DNA of 20,000 nt from IMG/VR virus record IMGVR_UViG_3300043427_003288; one strand, 5' to 3'. The notes below the pieces were generated by a model. The model was given only the letters and a program-made list of their open reading frames with translations, had not been told where the DNA came from and made no database searches. This document shows, piece by piece, positions 15,516 to 20,000 of the stretch; the stretch's first letter is position 1, and each line of letters opens with the position of its first letter. The translations under genes and the position numbers were made by a program. This DNA is from an uncultured virus (IMG/VR IMGVR_UViG_3300043427_003288). Lineage: Duplodnaviria; Heunggongvirae; Uroviricota; Caudoviricetes.

Positions 15516-18500
15516 TTATACGTAAATCGCATCTCCTCTAGGGTCGAGCCACTCAGATTCATCTCTGATTAGCTCGGCCTTATCGTTTTTACGGACAATG
15601 GAAATAAGATTTCTATTTGCATCTTCTACGTAGAGATCGTTTTGATTCCTTCTGTTGATAATTATAACTTTCGAGCCCTCTGGCACATCAGATGGCAGAA
15701 TCAACGTGGAATCACTTTGCAAGGAAATTAAAATAATTGAATTAAGATAACTGGGTAAAAGCGTAGTTTTAACTTCTACTCTTTTTACAAAGCCTCCACT
15801 ACCAGTTATGGTTCGTGCGTTATAAATAAATTCTGTTCCGACAATAGCAGACTCTGCTCCTATTTGCGTCCAGTTTACATTGCTTCCTAAAACCCTAATT
15901 TGATATTTTCTTCCTCTAATTAAAGAGGCTTCTTTATGAATATCTATTAGATTATTTTCTCCCCTACCGCCATCTAATGATAGAGTATTTGGTTTTGTTA
16001 TTACGGGCTCACCTGGTTCAACTTCTAAATATCCGCTTACAACATCAGACATTTCTCCTTCGCCAAAATCATCCCAAGGTCTAAATTTAAAATAATACCA
16101 AATACCAGTTTCAAGTCCCGCTCCCAAAGCTATAGTATTAGAGTAAGCCCTCGTTTTTTCAAGAGGCATGTACATGAACATATTAGACAATGCTTCAGAA
16201 GTATCTGGTTCAAAACTTGGCGAACTTCCAGTAAAAATATCAACGCCGTATACATCTTTATTTGATGTTACAGCATAACAATTAAATATAATTTCACCCT
16301 TTGATACATTTTCTGTTAAAGTAGTGAAGGCGATTCCAGAAAAACCAGTGGTATTTGGAGCAGTAATTTCACTTAAGTTGGCAATTCCTAGTGGATTATT
16401 TTTTGTCCTAGGCAAAACTCTTGGCTCGTTATTTCCACCTATTACGTTTTCTTCGTAGTGCTGTTTAGCCCATTCGGCAAGTGGTATGCTTTTGTTTACG
16501 TATGTATTATAATGAGTTATTAAGTCATCATAAGCATAAGCGTATGCTTCATAATCTGGCTCTCCCGTTCCTCTGAAATTTATTCCAACTCCTTTTCTTG
16601 TAGCCGTTGCTGCTATGCCCGTTCCGTTGTAGCCTGTTGCGCTTAGAAAAGCTCCAGAAATATCTTCAAAATACACCTCTCTTGTTTCATCCTCGCTTCT
16701 TAAAAGATAATTATCTCCTCCGGTCCAGTTCCTTACGCCAGATCCTGAGATTATTCCTGTGGTCGTATTGTTCTGTGGATTCCAAAGCGCTATTCCAGTA
16801 AATGTACTGTGCCCATAATATCCAGAAAGTATATAGTAAGGAGAGTTCTGATAAGAATCAATTACTTCAATATTTGTATATTGTGGTAAAATATTATAAG
16901 CGTATAAAGTTCCAGTTTTTGTTTGATTCGTGTTGTCTGTTACGGTTAATCTGAGCCCCAAATATCTAGAAGCTTCGACATCTCTTGGATTGTCTTTTTC
17001 TCTACTAAAAAGCTTTGCGTTTTGTTTTTGAGTAATAGTGTAAGAAAAGCCTTGGTATTCTTTTATTTCGTCAACTATATTGCCAGCTTGATCTAAAACA
17101 TGAAGGGTTATCTTTGGAGGTAAATCTACAAATGGATTTTCAAGCATTTGCTCTACTGTACTAATTACTCCTCCAGTTGGATCAATATATTTCCACCGGA
17201 ATGTTACATCTGAAGACGTAAAATTACCAGCGCCCAGCCCAGAATGAGTGCCTTCATAAGTTAATTGATAGTATACACTATCTACATCTGCTGTGTCAAT
17301 AGTTAATCCGCTTGGTATTGTAGAGGTTAATGTCGCTCCTCCAATCGATAGTGTTGGAGTTGGCAAAAGCACTACTCCTGTTGACGCTGGATCGGTTGAA
17401 AGTAATTTATATTGAACCCCCTGCGAATAAACATTTATGTCGTAAGCTCCATATATTCCGTTGATTGGAATAGTTAAAATCTCTGTGCCAGATGGAACAA
17501 AATAAGATTCAGTTATAGAATCATATTCATTTGTCGTAGAGTAATCTGGCCTACTTACATATACCTTGTATCCCGTAATTGGGCTTACGCTGGCATTCCA
17601 AGTAAAATATAAACCAGTTTCTTCGTATACTCCAGTAGAAGTTATCGCGCTTGGCTTTTCTGGTTTAATTACAACGTCATACGGACCCCTGACATAATAG
17701 CTTGGGGACGTATCGATAATATCTTTTTCTATAAATTCTTCCTTATCTGCAATGTATTCAATTCCAACTACTCCATACTGATTAGCTTCTTCTTCTTTTA
17801 TAGCAATAGTTTTGTATAATTTTGGTTCGACGCCAGAACCGCTTAATACATAAAGAGAACCTTCTTTGATTAAATCAAGATTTCTTGGGTTTGTATCAAC
17901 TGATAAATTATAAAACCCTCTTGGATACCCAGTTCCGTAAATAAGGCCACTGTAACCAATTCCATTTGATTCCGCTAATGTTCTTAAATCTGTTTGGCCG
18001 AGAGCGCCCTCTCCAACATAAATGTCTAACCCTAAAGACTTAAAGGCGTTAGAGACATGAGTAGAAGTCAAAGAAGTATCTAGATAAATTTTTTCTGTAC
18101 CGTAAAAATTTTTTGGCAACCCAACTGTATAAAAACCTAGATTATTTCCTAAGCTCCATTTTGATTTTGATGCGCTTCCTGCGTCATAATCTTCTGCAAA
18201 TGTGTTACTAGAAGTATGCGCTTTTGTACATATGTATGGAACTGAACTTACCTTTACTACATCTCCTACAGAATAAGCAACGCCCTTTGCCCATTCTAAA
18301 TGGCTAGATTCATTTCTGTTTCCAAAATCAGCTTGAACAAAAGTGTAGTATGGTCTTAATCTAGAAAAAGCTAAAAGGTCTCTATAAGTAAATAATACGT
18401 TTCCGTATTCTCCAATAGTTTTTGATGCTCTTTCTAAAACTCTATACCCGCCTTTGATTAATGCACAGGCATAGCCATAATTAGCTGTCGCGGAACTAGT

Positions 18501-20000
18501 ATCGTCTTTGCCAATTTTAAATATTTCTGTGGCAGCAAAAGAGGCCCAAGTTGAATTCGGTACAAATTGATTACTTATTTGTGCTCCTCTTGTAAATACA
18601 ATAATCACATCTCCATCGCTTGCGCTAGTATATATGGAATTAGAAAATATTGCATTTAAATCAGATATTGCTCCAGATGCAGTCACCGTCCCAGCGGCAT
18701 TTATTCTTGCCGCATAAGTCTGACTTGTTCCTATAGATAAAGCTGTTGAACCATTAATATTAAAAACTGAATTTGAAGAAATTGAATAAGCGATATTGCC
18801 AGTCCAATTCGTTTCATTTCCAATCACTTGTCCAGTTCCAGCAGTTCCAAGAAAATCGATATCTATTTCAAAATCAGAAAGAACACCAGAGACATCAGAG
18901 AAGCTTAAAGAATCCCATCTTGGATTACCTCCAGCAACGACATGATTTGGGAAATCATATACAGATCCAGTCAAAAGCGTCTGACCAGTATAACTTGCGC
19001 CAGAAATTCTTCCCTCTATGGCGTATACATCAGTTACAACGTTCTGAAGGCAAAAATCTCCTGTTAATGTTAATGTTGCTCCGTATGGATCATCGCTTAC
19101 CGTATGTATATTAAATTTTCTTGTTTGCGTCTGCCTTCTTGATCTAATTTGAGCGAGAGTTCCGGTAAAATCTCCATCGCTGCCAGTAAGAGCGTTTAAA
19201 TCCGAAACAGCAAAATTTCCAGATGGAATGTGAATATATACGCCCGAATCTAGACCATAAGGATCTTCCGCTGTTGGAGCCTTAAACTCTCCATCAATCT
19301 TGATTGAATTTGAAGACTGGTCAACTGCTAATATTCTTCCGAAAGTTCTGCCAACATTTCTAACTTCATCGCTAACGCCAAAAATATCTCCTGGTTGCAG
19401 ATATGCGGCTTCGATTCCTGCTGTAAAACTTACATTGTCAGCTTCAAATATTGAACTATATAATATGTATCGACCAATTCTTTTTGCTTCTGATCTTGAA
19501 GTGCAGCCAGCGGCATTAACTTTAAATGGATTTAATCCATATTTTCTTATACCATCAACGTCCTCTACAAACTCCATTTTTGTTTTGTAGTCGTCATATC
19601 TATCGTTGTATACAACTTCAACTGCGGTATATCGTTTATTTCTTGCTGTTTCGGTATATTGAAAAGCTCCATCTTTAATATTCGCGTTTGCGAAATACAT
19701 TATAGGATCTTTTGGCCTATCAGCAAAAAAAGAAAACCCTTCTGTATTCCAATAGACTATACCCTTAAAGATAGCAGCTACGTCTTTTAATATATTGTAA
19801 GCTTCGTCTTTATTATAAAAAATAATGTTGCACGTATATCTTGGTTCAAGTCCTCCTTTACCATCTGGAACTCCTTTAAATCTACCATCATCATCTACTG
19901 CATCGCAGTAACGCCCAATATCATATAAGCTCCATTTGTCAACAGATCCTAAATCTATAAAATTTCCAAGGCCATAATTAAAATCTGTAATTATGTCATA
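15516..20000 (-). CDS. Tail-tip / central fibre protein, lambda gpJ (TipJ) family; 5'-partial, at least 1494 aa
   Basis: The frame stays open from 19700 to the window edge and reads YDIITDFNYGLG..VDKWSLYDIGRYCDA..VPDGKGGLEPRYTCN..ADRPKD, then GCTSRSEAKRIGRY, VSFTAG..LQPGD and LYKTIAIKE. All match gpJ motifs. FN3-like segments follow. Confidence 0.92.
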   Translation of the reverse strand, partial: YDIITDFNYGLGNFIDLGSVDKWSLYDIGRYCDAVDDDGRFKGVPDGKGGLEPRYTCNIIFYNKDEAYNILKDVAAIFKGIVYWNTEGFSFFADRPKDPIMYFANANIKDGAFQYTETARNKRYTAVEVVYNDRYDDYKTKMEFVEDVDGIRKYGLNPFKVNAAGCTSRSEAKRIGRYILYSSIFEADNVSFTAGIEAAYLQPGDIFGVSDEVRNVGRTFGRILAVDQSSNSIKIDGEFKAPTAEDPYGLDSGVYIHIPSGNFAVSDLNALTGSDGDFTGTLAQIRSRRQTQTRKFNIHTVSDDPYGATLTLTGDFCLQNVVTDVYAIEGRISGASYTGQTLLTGSVYDFPNHVVAGGNPRWDSLSFSDVSGVLSDFEIDIDFLGTAGTGQVIGNETNWTGNIAYSISSNSVFNINGSTALSIGTSQTYAARINAAGTVTASGAISDLNAIFSNSIYTSASDGDVIIVFTRGAQISNQFVPNSTWASFAATEIFKIGKDDTSSATANYGYACALIKGGYRVLERASKTIGEYGNVLFTYRDLLAFSRLRPYYTFVQADFGNRNESSHLEWAKGVAYSVGDVVKVSSVPYICTKAHTSSNTFAEDYDAGSASKSKWSLGNNLGFYTVGLPKNFYGTEKIYLDTSLTSTHVSNAFKSLGLDIYVGEGALGQTDLRTLAESNGIGYSGLIYGTGYPRGFYNLSVDTNPRNLDLIKEGSLYVLSGSGVEPKLYKTIAIKEEEANQYGVVGIEYIADKEEFIEKDIIDTSPSYYVRGPYDVVIKPEKPSAITSTGVYEETGLYFTWNASVSPITGYKVYVSRPDYSTTNEYDSITESYFVPSGTEILTIPINGIYGAYDINVYSQGVQYKLLSTDPASTGVVLLPTPTLSIGGATLTSTIPSGLTIDTADVDSVYYQLTYEGTHSGLGAGNFTSSDVTFRWKYIDPTGGVISTVEQMLENPFVDLPPKITLHVLDQAGNIVDEIKEYQGFSYTITQKQNAKLFSREKDNPRDVEASRYLGLRLTVTDNTNQTKTGTLYAYNILPQYTNIEVIDSYQNSPYYILSGYYGHSTFTGIALWNPQNNTTTGIISGSGVRNWTGGDNYLLRSEDETREVYFEDISGAFLSATGYNGTGIAATATRKGVGINFRGTGEPDYEAYAYAYDDLITHYNTYVNKSIPLAEWAKQHYEENVIGGNNEPRVLPRTKNNPLGIANLSEITAPNTTGFSGIAFTTLTENVSKGEIIFNCYAVTSNKDVYGVDIFTGSSPSFEPDTSEALSNMFMYMPLEKTRAYSNTIALGAGLETGIWYYFKFRPWDDFGEGEMSDVVSGYLEVEPGEPVITKPNTLSLDGGRGENNLIDIHKEASLIRGRKYQIRVLGSNVNWTQIGAESAIVGTEFIYNARTITGSGGFVKRVEVKTTLLPSYLNSIILISLQSDSTLILPSDVPEGSKVIIINRRNQNDLYVEDANRNLISIVRKNDKAELIRDESEWLDPRGDAIYV

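Larger units (their letters stand above)
1..20000. mobile_element. Segment of a large tailed bacteriophage genome (replication/nucleotide metabolism block converging on a tail gene)
   Basis: A lambda gpJ-like tail-tip gene sits next to nrdAB, a truncated dnaE, an annealase-like gene and small orphan ORFs. Packing is very tight and cellular gene order is absent. No integrase or att site is visible, so free phage versus prophage cannot be decided. Confidence 0.9.

Noticed and set aside
1364..19590. Short alternate-frame and antisense ORFs of 60-113 aa in the track
   Set aside because: All lie within well-supported genes and have no recognisable motifs; they are shadow ORFs.
19698..19700. ATG at 19700 as the start of the tail gene
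   Set aside because: The frame is open with gpJ motifs up to 20000, so the real start is outside the window.
1..20000. Stop-codon reassignment (no called gene ends in TAG)
   Set aside because: Genes are full length under code 11 with no TAG- or TGA-interrupted domains. Low TAG use is common in AT-rich genomes.
1..20000. CRISPR array, tRNA or long tandem repeats
   Set aside because: No intergenic gap exceeds about 80 bp, and no periodic repeats or cloverleaf structures were seen by eye.

Overview
This AT-rich, gene-dense window looks like part of a large tailed-phage genome rather than a cellular chromosome. The + strand (1-15515) carries a replication/metabolism block. In order: the 3' end of a DEDDh (DnaQ/epsilon-like) exonuclease, a DnaE-type Pol III alpha lacking the N-terminal PHP domain, a ClpC-like Hsp100 ATPase, a choline/aminoglycoside-kinase-fold protein with an altered catalytic motif, three small genes with their own promoter/terminator signals, a probable Whirly-fold ssDNA-binding protein, two glycosyltransferase genes that share a GT9 enzyme split between them, a Rad52/Sak-like annealase, a GNAT protein and class Ia nrdA-nrdB. 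The - strand (15516 to beyond 20000) encodes a very large lambda gpJ-like tail-tip protein with inserted carbohydrate-binding-like modules. I saw no RNA genes, CRISPR array, transposase, intein or intron. All family calls come from motif recognition by eye; no database search was run.
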